This document shows, piece by piece, positions 9,698-20,528 of a DNA stretch of 64,000 nt (within the stretch, counting starts at the first letter, position 1; each line of letters begins with the position of its first letter). Source of the stretch: Deferribacterales bacterium (lineage in GTDB: Bacteria; Chrysiogenota; Deferribacteres; Deferribacterales; Geovibrionaceae); NCBI GenBank assembly GCA_050253075.1, contig JBFWJS010000001.1, positions 160,001 through 224,000 of the forward strand. Reading direction: 5' to 3'. The notes beneath the pieces were generated by a model. It did not search any database, was not told the origin of the DNA, and saw nothing but the letters and a program-made list of their open reading frames with translations. The position numbers and the translations under genes are program-made.

Positions 9698-11031
9698 CCA
9701 AAGTACCTGTCGATAAACTCTGTACTGATGTCACCGTCGATGAACGCATGGTGCTCCAGTATCCTTTTATGCAGAGGGATGGTTGTTTTTATGCCGTCCA
9801 CGACAAATTCGTCGAGGGCTCTGTTCATCCTGGCGATAGCCATCTCTCTGTTTCTTCCGTATACGATCAGCTTTGCTATCATGCTGTCGTAGTAAGGAAG
9901 TACATAGTAGCCGTCATAGCATGCAGAGTCTACCCTTGTGCCGAATCCGCCCGGGTTCACATATCCTGTGACAGCGCCGGGGCAAGGCATGAATGTCTTA
10001 GGGTCTTCTGCGTTTACACGGCATTCTATAGCGTGCCCGTGAAGGACGATGTCCTTCTGCTCAAGGTTCAGCCCTTCGCCTGCGGCGACTCTAAGCTGAA
10101 GCTGAACAAGGTCGGTGTTTGTAACCATCTCCGTAACAGGGTGTTCCACCTGAATACGGGTGTTCATTTCCATAAAATAGAAGTTTTCATCCTTATCCAC
10201 AAGGTATTCTATTGTTCCGGCGTTCTCATATTTCAAAGATTCCACCGCAGCAACGGATATAGCACCCATTTTTTCTCTCGTATTCTGGCTTACGGCTGTG
10301 GACGGAGCTTCCTCGAGGAGCTTTTGGTGACGGCGCTGGATAGAGCATTCACGTTCGAAGAAGTGGAGTCCCTTTCCTTTTCCGTCGCCGAAAACCTGAA
10401 CCTCGACGTGTCTTGGGTTTTCGATGAATTTTTCTATATATATCTCGTCAGAGCCGAATGCGTTCATCGCCTCTGTTCTTGCCATTTCGAAAGCGTTCAT
10501 GAAGCTGAGCTCGTTATGCGCCACACGCATACCTTTACCGCCGCCGCCTGCGGATGCCTTGATCATTACAGGGAATCCCATAGCCTCGGCTATCTCTTTC
10601 GCATGCTTCACATCCTTCACGGCTCCCTCAGAGCCGGGAACGACAGGCACGCCGAATTTCTTCATAGCTTCCTTTGCGCTGGATTTGTTACCCATCATGT
10701 TGATGTGCTCAGCGCTAGGTCCGATGAATTTGAATCCGCAGTCTTCACAGATAGCTGCGAACTCGGCATTTTCAGCGAGGAAACCATAGCCCGGGTGTAT
10801 AGCATCGACGTTTGCTATCTCCGCAGCAGCAATGATGCTTTTTACGTTCAGATAGCTGTCTTTCGATGCAGCAGGCCCGATACAAACGGCTTCGTCAGCC
10901 ATTGCGACGTGAAGGGATTCTCTATCCACATCGGAATAGACCGCTACGGTCTTTATGCGGAGTTCCTTACACGCTCTTATGATACGCAGGGCGATCTCTC
11001 CCCTGTTTGCGATCAATACTTTGCTAAACAT
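9694..11031 (-). CDS. accC: acetyl-CoA carboxylase biotin carboxylase subunit
   Basis: [50 protein letters not shown]. Confidence 0.98.
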   Translation of the reverse strand: MFSKVLIANRGEIALRIIRACKELRIKTVAVYSDVDRESLHVAMADEAVCIGPAASKDSYLNVKSIIAAAEIANVDAIHPGYGFLAENAEFAAICEDCGFKFIGPSAEHINMMGNKSSAKEAMKKFGVPVVPGSEGAVKDVKHAKEIAEAMGFPVMIKASAGGGGKGMRVAHNELSFMNAFEMARTEAMNAFGSDEIYIEKFIENPRHVEVQVFGDGKGKGLHFFERECSIQRRHQKLLEEAPSTAVSQNTREKMGAISVAAVESLKYENAGTIEYLVDKDENFYFMEMNTRIQVEHPVTEMVTNTDLVQLQLRVAAGEGLNLEQKDIVLHGHAIECRVNAEDPKTFMPCPGAVTGYVNPGGFGTRVDSACYDGYYVLPYYDSMIAKLIVYGRNREMAIARMNRALDEFVVDGIKTTIPLHKRILEHHAFIDGDISTEFIDRYFG

Positions 11032-11041
11032 TCAGCACTCC

Positions 11042-11509
11042 TTAAAGAGGCTCGACTACGAATATCGTCTCACCAAATTCAACAGGTACGCCGTTCTGAC
11101 CGACTATTTTGACGATCTTGCAGTCGTACTCTGCTTCTATTTCATTCATTATCTTCATCGCTTCCACGATGCAGAGTGTCTGACCTTTGCTTACTTTATC
11201 TCCCTCTTTAACGAATGCAGATGCACCCGGTGACGGAGCTGCGTAGAATGTACCCACGATAGGGGAGACAACTTCGTTGCCCGCAGGTTTTGCAGGTGCG
11301 GCAGCCTCGGCAGGAGCAGCAGCCACAGCAGGAGCCGCAGCAGGTGCAGCAGCCACAGGAGCCATAGCAGGCGCTGCGGATGTGTATATGTTCTGAGCCT
11401 CACCTACTTTAGAGATGTAGATGCTCTCTTCACCGTTTTCGTATTCAAATTCTTTGATGTCGGACTTTTCAATATACTTAATTAATTCTTTGATCTCTTT
11501 GATATCCAT
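11042..11509 (-). CDS. accB: biotin carboxyl carrier protein
   Basis: EAMK biotinylation motif; Ala/Pro-rich linker. Confidence 0.97.
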   Translation of the reverse strand: MDIKEIKELIKYIEKSDIKEFEYENGEESIYISKVGEAQNIYTSAAPAMAPVAAAPAAAPAVAAAPAEAAAPAKPAGNEVVSPIVGTFYAAPSPGASAFVKEGDKVSKGQTLCIVEAMKIMNEIEAEYDCKIVKIVGQNGVPVEFGETIFVVEPL

Positions 11510-11519
11510 TACTCTACTC

Positions 11520-12089
11520 CTATTTAGCTGAGCTGACTCTTTCGAGATATACTCTGTCTCTTGTATCTATTTTGAGAACGTCGCCGATGTTGATGAACAG
11601 AGGCACGTTGACTGTTCCGCCTGTGCTGATTGTGGCAGGCTTGTTTCCGCCGGAAACAGTGTCGCCTTTCAGACCGGGCTCAGTGTATGTGACCTCAAGC
11701 TCGACAAAGTTAGGAAGGTCTACACCGATAGGCTGTCCGTTGAAAAGCTGAACGCTTACCATGCAGTTTTCAGGCATAAAGTCTACATCGTCGCCGATAG
11801 CGTCAGCGCCGACTTCGACCTGCTCATAGTTTTCGTTATCCATGAAAAAGAATGTAACGCCGTCGTTGTAAAGATACTGCATAGCCTTATCTTCGAAATC
11901 AGGCTGCTTTATCTTTTCATCTGATTTGAAAGTACGCTCAAGCACTGCACCTGTACGGAGGGATTTAACCTTTGTACGTACTGTCGCACCGCCGCGTCCG
12001 CATTTAATGTGAAGATACTCGACAATGCTGTACGGTTCGCCGTCGAGTTCGATTTTTGCTCCTCTTTTAAACTGGTTCGGAGTGATCAT
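11520..12089 (-). CDS. efp: elongation factor P
   Basis: MQYLY, LPNFVEL, EPGLKGDT, KPAT..TG..VPLFI, IDTR; loop reads KCGRGGA. Confidence 0.96.
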   Translation of the reverse strand: MITPNQFKRGAKIELDGEPYSIVEYLHIKCGRGGATVRTKVKSLRTGAVLERTFKSDEKIKQPDFEDKAMQYLYNDGVTFFFMDNENYEQVEVGADAIGDDVDFMPENCMVSVQLFNGQPIGVDLPNFVELEVTYTEPGLKGDTVSGGNKPATISTGGTVNVPLFINIGDVLKIDTRDRVYLERVSSAK

Positions 12090-12097
12090 TTAACACC

Positions 12098-13150
12098 TCA
12101 TACTACTTCATAAATGTATTTTTCAAAGACCGCCGTGAGATTTTCACAGCCGTCGTCCTTAACAACAACAGTATCCTCCAGACGAACGCCGAAACGCTCG
12201 GGAAGATATATACCCGGTTCTATAGTGAGCACCATATTAGGCTCGAGAACAGTCTTGTCCCTCGGGTTGAACACTGGCTTTTCGTGTACGTCTATGCCGA
12301 CGCCGTGCCCCAGCCCGTGATTGAAATAAGCTCCATAGCCGGTGGAGTCGATGTATTCTCTAGCGATGGCGTCTATATCAGAGCAGACTATGCCTGTTCT
12401 GACGGCGTCCTTCGCCTTCTGCAGAGCAGTGTATACTATGTCGGCGACTTTCCTCACCTCTGCGTCAGGGGCTGTCATTACCAGCCTTGTGACATCACTG
12501 CAATACTCTTTTTTACTGCCGAAGTCCACAACAACTGCATCACCTTTTTCAACTACCTTCTGCGATGCTGTCCCGTGGGGCATGGCTCCTCTGTATCCGC
12601 TTGCGATGATGGTCTCGAAAGAGGCATACTTCGCACCGTTTATCTTCATATTGCGCTCGAGCTCCGCCGCCCAGTGCATCTCGCTCACGCCCGGCTTAAA
12701 AGCGGGGAGTGACTGCACGAACGAATCGTGGGCACACTTGAACTGCTCACGCAGCATGACGAGCTCTTCCTCATCCTTCACTGCTCTCAGCCTGTCTATC
12801 ATACCCTTTGCGTCGATGGACACCTTGTCCACATTTTCCGAAAGGTATTCGAAGTCCTGCAGCTGACAGTCGTATGTGACAGTCACTGCGGAGAGCTTTT
12901 CTGCGTACTCGGCCACCATCTTGCGGTAGTCCTGTACAATCATTATCTCGGCATCCCTCACCTGAGCCTTTGACTGCTCAGAGTATCGCCCGTCGGAGAC
13001 AAAGACGGCTCCGTCTGTGTCCACCAGCAGATACGCCGTGCTCCCTGTGAAGCCGGTGAGGTAATATATATCTGACAGAGATGTGACGAAAAGGTTTGAA
13101 ACACCTTCTCCGCGCATCATCTCACGAAGTTCTGTTAATCTGTTTCTCAA
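12098..13150 (-). CDS. M24 family Xaa-Pro aminopeptidase
   Basis: [44 protein letters not shown]. Confidence 0.94.
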   Translation of the reverse strand: MRNRLTELREMMRGEGVSNLFVTSLSDIYYLTGFTGSTAYLLVDTDGAVFVSDGRYSEQSKAQVRDAEIMIVQDYRKMVAEYAEKLSAVTVTYDCQLQDFEYLSENVDKVSIDAKGMIDRLRAVKDEEELVMLREQFKCAHDSFVQSLPAFKPGVSEMHWAAELERNMKINGAKYASFETIIASGYRGAMPHGTASQKVVEKGDAVVVDFGSKKEYCSDVTRLVMTAPDAEVRKVADIVYTALQKAKDAVRTGIVCSDIDAIAREYIDSTGYGAYFNHGLGHGVGIDVHEKPVFNPRDKTVLEPNMVLTIEPGIYLPERFGVRLEDTVVVKDDGCENLTAVFEKYIYEVV

Positions 13151-13587
13151 GAATTCTGCTCCAGAAAGTAATCGAGGGCAAAGGCATAAGACATGGCACC
13201 AAAGCCTGTTATAACGCCCTTTGCAACATCGGAAAGATAAGATGTGTGTCTGAACTCCTCTCTGGCGAAAACATTAGAGAGGTGCACTTCGATGAACGGT
13301 TTTGAAACAGAGAGAAAGGCGTCACGTATGGCAACACTGGTGTGTGTGTATGCGCCCGCATTGATGATGATACTGTCCGCATCTGTGCGCTGTATCATGC
13401 TAACAATCTCCCCTTCGTGGTTAGACTGAAAAAACTCTAAGACGCATCTGCCGCCTGCACGCTGGCTCAGCATTTCATTTATGCTCTCCATCGTAGCCTC
13501 GCCGTAGATGCTCTTTTCTCTTTTGCCCAGCATGTTAAGGTTCGGACCGTTGATAACAAGTATCTTCACAAATCTCTCCATATTCAT
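13147..13587 (-). CDS. aroQ: type II 3-dehydroquinate dehydratase (start uncertain, 13581-13605)
   Basis: [43 protein letters not shown]. Confidence 0.96.
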   Translation of the reverse strand: MNMERFVKILVINGPNLNMLGKREKSIYGEATMESINEMLSQRAGGRCVLEFFQSNHEGEIVSMIQRTDADSIIINAGAYTHTSVAIRDAFLSVSKPFIEVHLSNVFAREEFRHTSYLSDVAKGVITGFGAMSYAFALDYFLEQNS

Positions 13588-13693
13588 GCGTTCATATCTG
13601 AACACAGCTTTACTGACATTTTTAAAAATGCATGTAGATTATAACGTAAATATAGGATTTATCCAGTGGTAAGAGTTAGTTTGTTAAACTTTC

Positions 13694-15550
13694 TCAGTTT
13701 GATGCATTATTTTTTATAGTTTCCAACAGGTTTTCAAGCCTGTTCACCTGTTCACGTGTTTCGGGATCAAGGTTTTCCACCCCGTTTTCGTCATCTTCGG
13801 GGGCATTTTCCATCAGTTCGTCCATAGAAGCTTCATAAATTTCCTCTGAGGTCTCAGACACATCTGGGGATTCTTCTTCAGCATCTGTTAACATTTCAAC
13901 ATGCGCATCCGCTTCTTCGGGTTCTTCATCTTCGGCGGGTATCTCTGCATCCTCAGACACAGGTTCGAATCCTTCGAGGTCTTCTATATCCTGAAGCTCA
14001 GCGACATGCTCTGCCTCCGCCTCAACGGTATCTTCGACAGGTTCAATATCTTCGCCAAGGAGTGCTTTCAGATCGTCGTCAAGTTCGGGTTCGGCCACGG
14101 CAGGCTCTTCTACGGCTTCTTCCGCAACAGCTTCTTCTACAGGTTCGACATCTTCACCAAGGAGTGCTTTCAGATCGTCGTCCAGTTCGGGCTCGGCAAC
14201 GGCAGGCTCTTCTACGGCTTCTTCCGCAACGGCTTCTTCTGCAACAGGCTCGACATCTTCACCAAGCAGTGCTTTCAGATCGTCGTCAAGCTCAGGTTCG
14301 GCAACGGCAGGCTCTTCTACGGCTTCTTCCGCAACGGGTTCTTCTGCAACAGGTTCAACATCTTCACCAAGCAGTGCTTTCAGATCGTCGTCAAGCTCAG
14401 GTTCAGCAACGGCAGGCTCTTCAATGGCTTCCTCTGCGACAGATTCTTCAGCTACAGCTTCCTCGGCAACGGGCTCTTCTGCCACGGTTTCCGTTTCAGC
14501 GACAGCTTCATCCACGCCCAGCATAGCCTTAAGCTCATCGTCTAGCTCTTCAGGAGCCTCTGCATCTACCCCGTCAAAGAAGGATTTCTCCTCTTCGGTC
14601 TTCTCTTTCTCTTCGCCGAAAACTTCGTCCAGTGCCTCGTCTATATCATCAGGCGGCAGTGCGCTCTTAGTCTCCAGCCCGAGGTCTGCACCAAGCTCTG
14701 CAGCTAGGGCGGCGACCTCATCATCATCAGGAGCAGCCTCTGTGCCGTCTCCCATTATCTCTTTATCCAGCTTAACAGCTTTATCCACGTCCTCTTCGCC
14801 CATTTCGTCCGGACTGAGGTCTGTGTGTATTATCTCGTCGTCAAATGATGCGACAAGCTCTTCCTCGAGCTCATCAGCGGCTCCCGCAGACGATGATTCC
14901 TGATAATTGTCCAGGCTCATATCTTCCATGCCGGATGAATCATCCACGCCGACAATTGAGTCGACAGTACTGCTGATCTCGTCGTCGCTCGCCTCTACTT
15001 TACCGAGTTCCTCTTCGCCGACCTCCTGTCTGACCTCTTCTGCCAGTTCGCTTCCGAGCTGGTCGAGGAGTTCATCATCAGCATCCATAAGGTTCGGCTC
15101 TGCCGATATCTCTCCTGCGGATATGCCCGCAGCTTCCATAAGCTCATCCATAAGTGCTCGGAGCTTTGTATCCTCAGGCGCTACCATCAGAGCATTGCGG
15201 TAGTTCACCAGAGCTTTCTTTATATTCTCTTCGTTTCGGAATAGGTCTCCCATCAGCTTACACGCAAGATAATTGTGCGAATCCGTAGCGAGAACGCCAG
15301 TAAGAATAACCTTTGCCTCGTCTACATCGCCCTGCCCCATATAAGCCTGTGCCAGCATGGTTTTAGCAGCGTAGACCTCAGGGTTTTCATCTATCCCTGT
15401 TTTGAGGACACTGACGGCTTCGTCGTATTGTTCCAGTTTGATATATGCATTGGCGAGGGGGACAAAGAGCGTAGAGGATGGGTTCTGCTCAACTTTCGCA
15501 GAAAAGTATTCGACGTCTTTAAGATAAACAGACTTCTCTTGCTCTTCCAT
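13694..15550 (-). CDS. TPR protein with a long acidic low-complexity/repeat region
   Basis: N-terminal TPR helices (NPSSTLFVPLANAY..); >400 aa Asp/Glu-rich; short C-terminal helix RLENLLETIK. Confidence 0.85.
   Translation of the reverse strand: MEEQEKSVYLKDVEYFSAKVEQNPSSTLFVPLANAYIKLEQYDEAVSVLKTGIDENPEVYAAKTMLAQAYMGQGDVDEAKVILTGVLATDSHNYLACKLMGDLFRNEENIKKALVNYRNALMVAPEDTKLRALMDELMEAAGISAGEISAEPNLMDADDELLDQLGSELAEEVRQEVGEEELGKVEASDDEISSTVDSIVGVDDSSGMEDMSLDNYQESSSAGAADELEEELVASFDDEIIHTDLSPDEMGEEDVDKAVKLDKEIMGDGTEAAPDDDEVAALAAELGADLGLETKSALPPDDIDEALDEVFGEEKEKTEEEKSFFDGVDAEAPEELDDELKAMLGVDEAVAETETVAEEPVAEEAVAEESVAEEAIEEPAVAEPELDDDLKALLGEDVEPVAEEPVAEEAVEEPAVAEPELDDDLKALLGEDVEPVAEEAVAEEAVEEPAVAEPELDDDLKALLGEDVEPVEEAVAEEAVEEPAVAEPELDDDLKALLGEDIEPVEDTVEAEAEHVAELQDIEDLEGFEPVSEDAEIPAEDEEPEEADAHVEMLTDAEEESPDVSETSEEIYEASMDELMENAPEDDENGVENLDPETREQVNRLENLLETIKNNASN
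14032..14500 (-). repeat. intragenic tandem repeat: 4 units spaced 102/105/105 bp plus 15-bp sub-repeats
   Basis: GTGCTTTCAGATCGTCGTC at 14062, 14164, 14269, 14374; encodes EEPAVAEPELDDDLKALLGED(V/I)EPV. Confidence 0.95.
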
Positions 15551-15582
15551 ACAGATCTGGTCCTTTTGTAAGCGGCTTGTGA

Positions 15583-16632
15583 TCAGAGATTATTGAAATA
15601 ATCTACAACAGACTGCTGGGAAATATTTTTTAGGATTTTACCTGAGCCTATCTTTGGTGTCAAGGCTAGGGTAAGCCCTTTTTTACCCGCTTTTTTGTCC
15701 AGCTTCATTGCGCTGAAAAAGAGCTCTTTGTCTTCTATCTCATAGGAAAGGTCAAAACCGTATGCAGTAAGGATGCGCTCCATGTTTTCGAGGGTCTCTT
15801 TTGTCGCTTCGCCTGTCTTAACTGCGAAGTCTGTCTCGAGATACATCCCCGTGGCGACAGCGTATCCGTGTTTTACCCCGTGGTGGGAATCTGTCTCTAT
15901 GGCGTGGGCGAATGTATGCCCGAAGTTAAGGAGGGCTCTGTCGCCAGTCTCCTTTTCGTCCCTTTTCACCACTTCTGCCTTCATCTCACAGCAGCGCCTG
16001 ACAACATAAGCGAGGGTCTCTGCGTCTCTGTCCAGTATGCTCTCTCTGTTGTCTTCGAGGTATTTAAAGAATTCGGCGTCGAATATCGCACCGTATTTGA
16101 TAACCTCTGCCACACCGTTCAGGAACTCTTCGTCCGAAAGGGTGTAGAGGAAGCTCATGTCTATGTATACGTGTACCGGCTGGGCAAAAGCGCCTACGTT
16201 GTTTTTCGCCCCTCGGAAGTTTATACCTGTTTTACCGCCGACACTGGAATCCACCATGGAAAGGAGCGTCGTAGGTATCTGAACAAAGCTGATGCCGCGC
16301 ATGTATGTCGCAGCGACAAATCCGCCCACGTCGCCTGTTATCCCGCCTCCGACGATGGAGAACATAGCGTCACGCTTTGCCCCTTCTCTGAAAAGGAAGC
16401 CTAGCACGGCGACAACGGATTCGTGAGTTTTATTATGCTCGTCCGCACGGAAGCGGAACGTACTGTCATGGGTGAAGTAGTCTCCGTAAAGGTCAAACAC
16501 ATTCTCATCCACCATGAAAAATGCGCCGTCTTCACGCAGCTTCGCTATCACATCCTTTACAAAGGATGAGCCAATTGTGATCTCATAAGAGGAATCAACC
16601 TCTTTCTTAAGGTCTACTTTGACAGTCTGCAT
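15583..16632 (-). CDS. aroB: 3-dehydroquinate synthase
   Basis: GGGITGDVGGF, PTTLLSMVDSSVGGKTG, LLNFGHTFAHAIE, HGYAV. Confidence 0.97.
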   Translation of the reverse strand: MQTVKVDLKKEVDSSYEITIGSSFVKDVIAKLREDGAFFMVDENVFDLYGDYFTHDSTFRFRADEHNKTHESVVAVLGFLFREGAKRDAMFSIVGGGITGDVGGFVAATYMRGISFVQIPTTLLSMVDSSVGGKTGINFRGAKNNVGAFAQPVHVYIDMSFLYTLSDEEFLNGVAEVIKYGAIFDAEFFKYLEDNRESILDRDAETLAYVVRRCCEMKAEVVKRDEKETGDRALLNFGHTFAHAIETDSHHGVKHGYAVATGMYLETDFAVKTGEATKETLENMERILTAYGFDLSYEIEDKELFFSAMKLDKKAGKKGLTLALTPKIGSGKILKNISQQSVVDYFNNL

Positions 16633-16646
16633 AATTCTAATTCAGC

Positions 16647-17159
16647 CTATGCCTCGTTTTTCACCGTTTCGAGGATCTTTTCGGCTGCCTCTCTTGGTGT
16701 TATATCGGATGTATCTACGATTTGATGAGCATTAATGTAGAAAGAAGCTCTGTCGAAGAGCAGTCTTTTGATCTCTTCGAACGGCTCGGCCACCTCCAGA
16801 AGCGGTCTACAGGTCTCGTCGCCCTGTATGCGCTCGAGGATAGTATTTGCATCTGCGATGAGCGTTACGACTATTCCCGTCTGCTTCATCATCTCCAGAT
16901 TGCCCCTTGTGACGACGATACCGCCCCCTGTGGAAACGACCAGCCCGTCCCTGTCTGTTATCTCACGGAGCACTTCTGTCTCCAGAGCACGGAACTCCTC
17001 TTCGGAATCCTCCTCAAAGATATCGGCTATCTGTCTGCCTGTCTTATCCACTACCATCTGGTCAGTATCTACGAACTGAGAACCGAGCTCTTCGGCGAGT
17101 ATCTTACCCACTGCGCTCTTTCCTGTTCCCATGAATCCTATCAGATATATATTTTTCAT
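16647..17159 (-). CDS. aroK: shikimate kinase
   Basis: MKNIYLIGFMGTGKS, STGGG, RPLL; start placed at ATG 17159. Confidence 0.95.
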   Translation of the reverse strand: MKNIYLIGFMGTGKSAVGKILAEELGSQFVDTDQMVVDKTGRQIADIFEEDSEEEFRALETEVLREITDRDGLVVSTGGGIVVTRGNLEMMKQTGIVVTLIADANTILERIQGDETCRPLLEVAEPFEEIKRLLFDRASFYINAHQIVDTSDITPREAAEKILETVKNEA

Positions 17160-17160
17160 T

Positions 17161-19089
17161 TCAGCTCCCCTGATTATTATTAGTCGTTTCAAATGCCGTA
17201 CGGCTCTTTTCACATGTTTCGGGCACATTCTCTTCGAGGAACGCCTCAGTATAGCTTCTGCCACCTGAGCACCCCTTCCCTACGACAGCCCCCGAACGGG
17301 TGTCCACTCGTTTAAATACAATACCTTGCGGAACATTGAAATCTATTTTTTTCACATTCTGCTTCACTATCTTCTGAAACTCGGCTATCACAGGCGCCGC
17401 ACGTCCGCCGCCAGTCCCTTCGTCGCCCATGCTGCGGTGGTCGTCAAAGCCCACCCAGCAGACGACTGCATACGGAGGGAAAAGAGCGACTGTCCATGCA
17501 TCACGGTATTCGTCCGTTGTCCCAGTCTTTGCCGCCGTACCTGTTATGAGTCCGCTCCCTCTAGCCGTCCCTCTGCGGACGACATCTTTCATCATGTATA
17601 TTACCTGATACGTCTCACGTTCGGGTGCTACCCTTTTGGGCAGTTCTCTTTTGATATAGACCTCTTCGCCCTGCGCATTCACAATGCGGTTTATAAAGCC
17701 GATCTCACGGCGCACGCCGTACGTGCCGAATGCGGAGTAGACCTTTGCCAGATTCAGCGGTGTGATGGGGAATATGCCGAGAGGCATAGCAAGGTATGGC
17801 TTTATCCTAGCCTTCATCCCCAGGTCCACAGCCATCTGCCCGACCTTTCTCAGCCCTGTGGTCTTCGCCAGACGTATCGTGGCATTATTCAGCGAATGCA
17901 CCAGCCCGAAGCGGAGGGGAATGCTCCCCATGTAATAGTCTTCGAAGTTTGCAGGGGCATATGTATAGTTCCCCAGATTATATTTATATTGCTTGTCGAT
18001 TATTATCTCATTGGGCATTGCGCCCTCTGTCATAGCTGTCAGATATACGATAGGCTTGAATGTAGAGCCTATCTGACGGCGCATCTCCATAGTGCGGTAC
18101 TGCCATTTATCATTAGCGGCGAGGGCTTCCACGCCACCTGTCTCATAGTTCACCACCGCCATGGCTATGTTCACCCCTTCGGGGTATTTCACCAGTCTTT
18201 TGCTTATGGCATCATTGGCAGCATTTATGGTGGAGACTCTGATATTAGCATGCACCACGAGCTGTCTGTCCGTACGGATGCCTTTTTCCCGCATCTCTTC
18301 CAGTATCAGCGACGTGTATTCGGGGAGAGTGTCCACATTTCTGTGCAGTGCATACTCAGGATGTTTTGATGCCGCCTGATATGCATCGTAGGATATCATC
18401 CCGTTCTCATACAGCCTGTACGAGAGCATGTCTTTACGTTTGTAAAAAGCGGGGATGTCGTCATCGGGCATATGCCCCAGAGTCAGCACGGATACCAGCC
18501 ACGCCTTCTCCTCTATCGGAGCGAACCTTACAGAGTGTCCGAAATAGCTCTGTGATGCGGCCTCTATCCCCCATATGTCGTTCTGCATATATGTGTTTTC
18601 CATATATGACAGCAGTAGTTTACGCTCGCCGTATCTGGATATGATGTCCGATGCGGTCTTCCATATGCGCAGACTATTCGTCTTTTCACCTTTGGAGGCG
18701 AGAGCCTTTTCGGCTATGTTCAGGATTATGCAGTTATTGAGCCCCTCGGCCGGCACACCGTGAAAGCGTAAGAGCTTCAGCTCGGCTGCCGTGTCGGGAA
18801 TGTCGCAGGTGAACAGATTCTCCCCTGCGAATTTAACCATATACATCACGTCTTCGGGCATTTCAGCGGGGAGTTTCGCCGTTTTCTCATATACCTGTTC
18901 GTATATCTTATAGCCGTCTGCGGAGTATATCGTGAGTGATTTACCCTCTCTGCCCCCTTTGAGTATGTCGTCAAGGTCGACAACACACCTCTCCAGAGCA
19001 GACCTCTCCCCCTTTAATACAGCACCTATCCCCGCCAGAAAGAGCAGGCATACGGCCATCGTCAGGATGAGAAATCTTTTCAGGGTCAT
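17161..19089 (-). CDS. class A PBP1A-like protein; transpeptidase intact, transglycosylase degenerate
   Basis: N-terminal TM; STFK (SxxK), SLN (SxN), KTG motifs; GT51 remnant WGIEAASQSYFG. Confidence 0.85.
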   Translation of the reverse strand: MTLKRFLILTMAVCLLFLAGIGAVLKGERSALERCVVDLDDILKGGREGKSLTIYSADGYKIYEQVYEKTAKLPAEMPEDVMYMVKFAGENLFTCDIPDTAAELKLLRFHGVPAEGLNNCIILNIAEKALASKGEKTNSLRIWKTASDIISRYGERKLLLSYMENTYMQNDIWGIEAASQSYFGHSVRFAPIEEKAWLVSVLTLGHMPDDDIPAFYKRKDMLSYRLYENGMISYDAYQAASKHPEYALHRNVDTLPEYTSLILEEMREKGIRTDRQLVVHANIRVSTINAANDAISKRLVKYPEGVNIAMAVVNYETGGVEALAANDKWQYRTMEMRRQIGSTFKPIVYLTAMTEGAMPNEIIIDKQYKYNLGNYTYAPANFEDYYMGSIPLRFGLVHSLNNATIRLAKTTGLRKVGQMAVDLGMKARIKPYLAMPLGIFPITPLNLAKVYSAFGTYGVRREIGFINRIVNAQGEEVYIKRELPKRVAPERETYQVIYMMKDVVRRGTARGSGLITGTAAKTGTTDEYRDAWTVALFPPYAVVCWVGFDDHRSMGDEGTGGGRAAPVIAEFQKIVKQNVKKIDFNVPQGIVFKRVDTRSGAVVGKGCSGGRSYTEAFLEENVPETCEKSRTAFETTNNNQGS

Positions 19090-19092
19090 TGT

Positions 19093-19680
19093 TTATTCCG
19101 TTTTTGTCTTTAAATATTCTTTGAGGCTCTGCAGAGCCATATTTCTGTGGCTTATGCTGTTCTTCTCTTCTTCGGACAGCTCTGCCATGTGTCTTCCGTC
19201 GGGGAGCATGAACATCGGGTCGTAGCCGAATCCGTTTTCCCCTTTATATTCCTTTGCGACGAAGCCTTCGCACAGCCCGCTGAATGTACGCTCCACAAGA
19301 CCGCCCTCTGCGAGTGCTATCACGCACACATAGCTCGCCCCGCACCTTTCAGGCGGGAGATCGTGCATTATCTTCATCAGCTTTTCGTTGTTTTCCCTGT
19401 CTGTGGCCTTCGGGCCTGCGTATCTGGCGGAGTAAACGCCCGGCGCACCCTCCAGTATATCCACGGAAATGCCAGAATCGTCCGCTATGACATATCCGTC
19501 CACCATCTTCGACAGTGTCCTCGCCTTCAGCGAAGCATTCTCTAAAAATGTAACGCCTGTTTCCTCTACGTCGATGGAATCATCCACCACGTCATAAACA
19601 GACACTACATCTATATCATCTAATATTTGACTAATTTCCTTTAATTTGTGTTTATTTTTTGTAGCTACATAAAGTTTCAT
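19093..19680 (-). CDS. rdgB: non-canonical purine NTP pyrophosphatase (RdgB/HAM1)
   Basis: [29 protein letters not shown]. Confidence 0.96.
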   Translation of the reverse strand: MKLYVATKNKHKLKEISQILDDIDVVSVYDVVDDSIDVEETGVTFLENASLKARTLSKMVDGYVIADDSGISVDILEGAPGVYSARYAGPKATDRENNEKLMKIMHDLPPERCGASYVCVIALAEGGLVERTFSGLCEGFVAKEYKGENGFGYDPMFMLPDGRHMAELSEEEKNSISHRNMALQSLKEYLKTKTE

Positions 19681-20393
19681 ATTCCGAGCACCTGTTTCTG
19701 AGCTTTTGTGAGCGCCTCTATCCCTTTGAATCCGAGGTCGAGCATGCGGTTCAGCATGTCTCTGTCGAATGTCACCTTCTCTGCAGAGCCCTGTATCTCT
19801 ACTATCTCTCTCACATCTTTAACCACCAGGTTCATGTCTACGTCTGCCATGCTGTCTTCGACATATTCGAGGTCGAGCAGGGGCTCGCCCATCACTATCC
19901 CCACGCTGACGGCAGACACCATCCCCGTCACCGGATTTTCCTCTATCATATTATGCTCCACCATCCATTCACACGCCATATACAGAGCGCAGAATCCGCC
20001 CGTGATGGCTGCTGTTCTCGTTCCGCCGTCTGCCTGTATTACATCACAGTCGATCGTGACGGTGTTTTCGCCCATTTTGTCAAAGTCCACTGCGGCACGG
20101 AGCGAGCGTCCTATCAGTCTGGATATCTCCTGAGATCGTCCGTCCTGCTTCCCACGCTTAGACTCACGCTGGTTTCTCGTGTGTGTGGCTCTGGGGAGCA
20201 TGGCGTATTCAGCCGTTACCCAGCCTTTCCCCGTGTCTCTGAGGAATGGCGGCACGCCCTCTGTCACTGTTGCATTGCATATAACCTTTGTATCGCCGAA
20301 AGAGACCAGCACAGACCCCTCAGGGTGGCTGATGTAGTCTCTGATGATTTTTACGTCTCTCATCTGATCGTTCTTTCTTATCTTTCTTATCAT
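19677..20393 (-). CDS. rph: ribonuclease PH
   Basis: [40 protein letters not shown]. Confidence 0.97.
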   Translation of the reverse strand: MIRKIRKNDQMRDVKIIRDYISHPEGSVLVSFGDTKVICNATVTEGVPPFLRDTGKGWVTAEYAMLPRATHTRNQRESKRGKQDGRSQEISRLIGRSLRAAVDFDKMGENTVTIDCDVIQADGGTRTAAITGGFCALYMACEWMVEHNMIEENPVTGMVSAVSVGIVMGEPLLDLEYVEDSMADVDMNLVVKDVREIVEIQGSAEKVTFDRDMLNRMLDLGFKGIEALTKAQKQVLGI

Positions 20394-20415
20394 ATATTCC
20401 CTCTGTTGTCGAAAT

Positions 20416-20513
20416 CGTCATCACGAAGCCAAAGGCTGAAGTGATCTTCCACGTTTGAAGAGTCAAACGATGCCGGAAGATTGCTTCGTCGGTCGAGCCT
20501 CCTCGCAATGACG
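20416..20513. repeat. GTC-tagged palindromic repeat, inverted pair
   Basis: CGTCATCACGA..GTGATCTTCC spacer GGAAGATTGC..TCGCAATGACG. Confidence 0.8.
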
Positions 20514-20528
20514 GTTGATATTATAAGT

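Noticed and set aside
13901..14545. Repetitive plus-strand ORFs; the 105-bp array as a possible CRISPR
   Set aside because: Antisense read-out of the coding tandem repeat; units are in-frame multiples of 3 with no unique spacers, and no cas genes are present.
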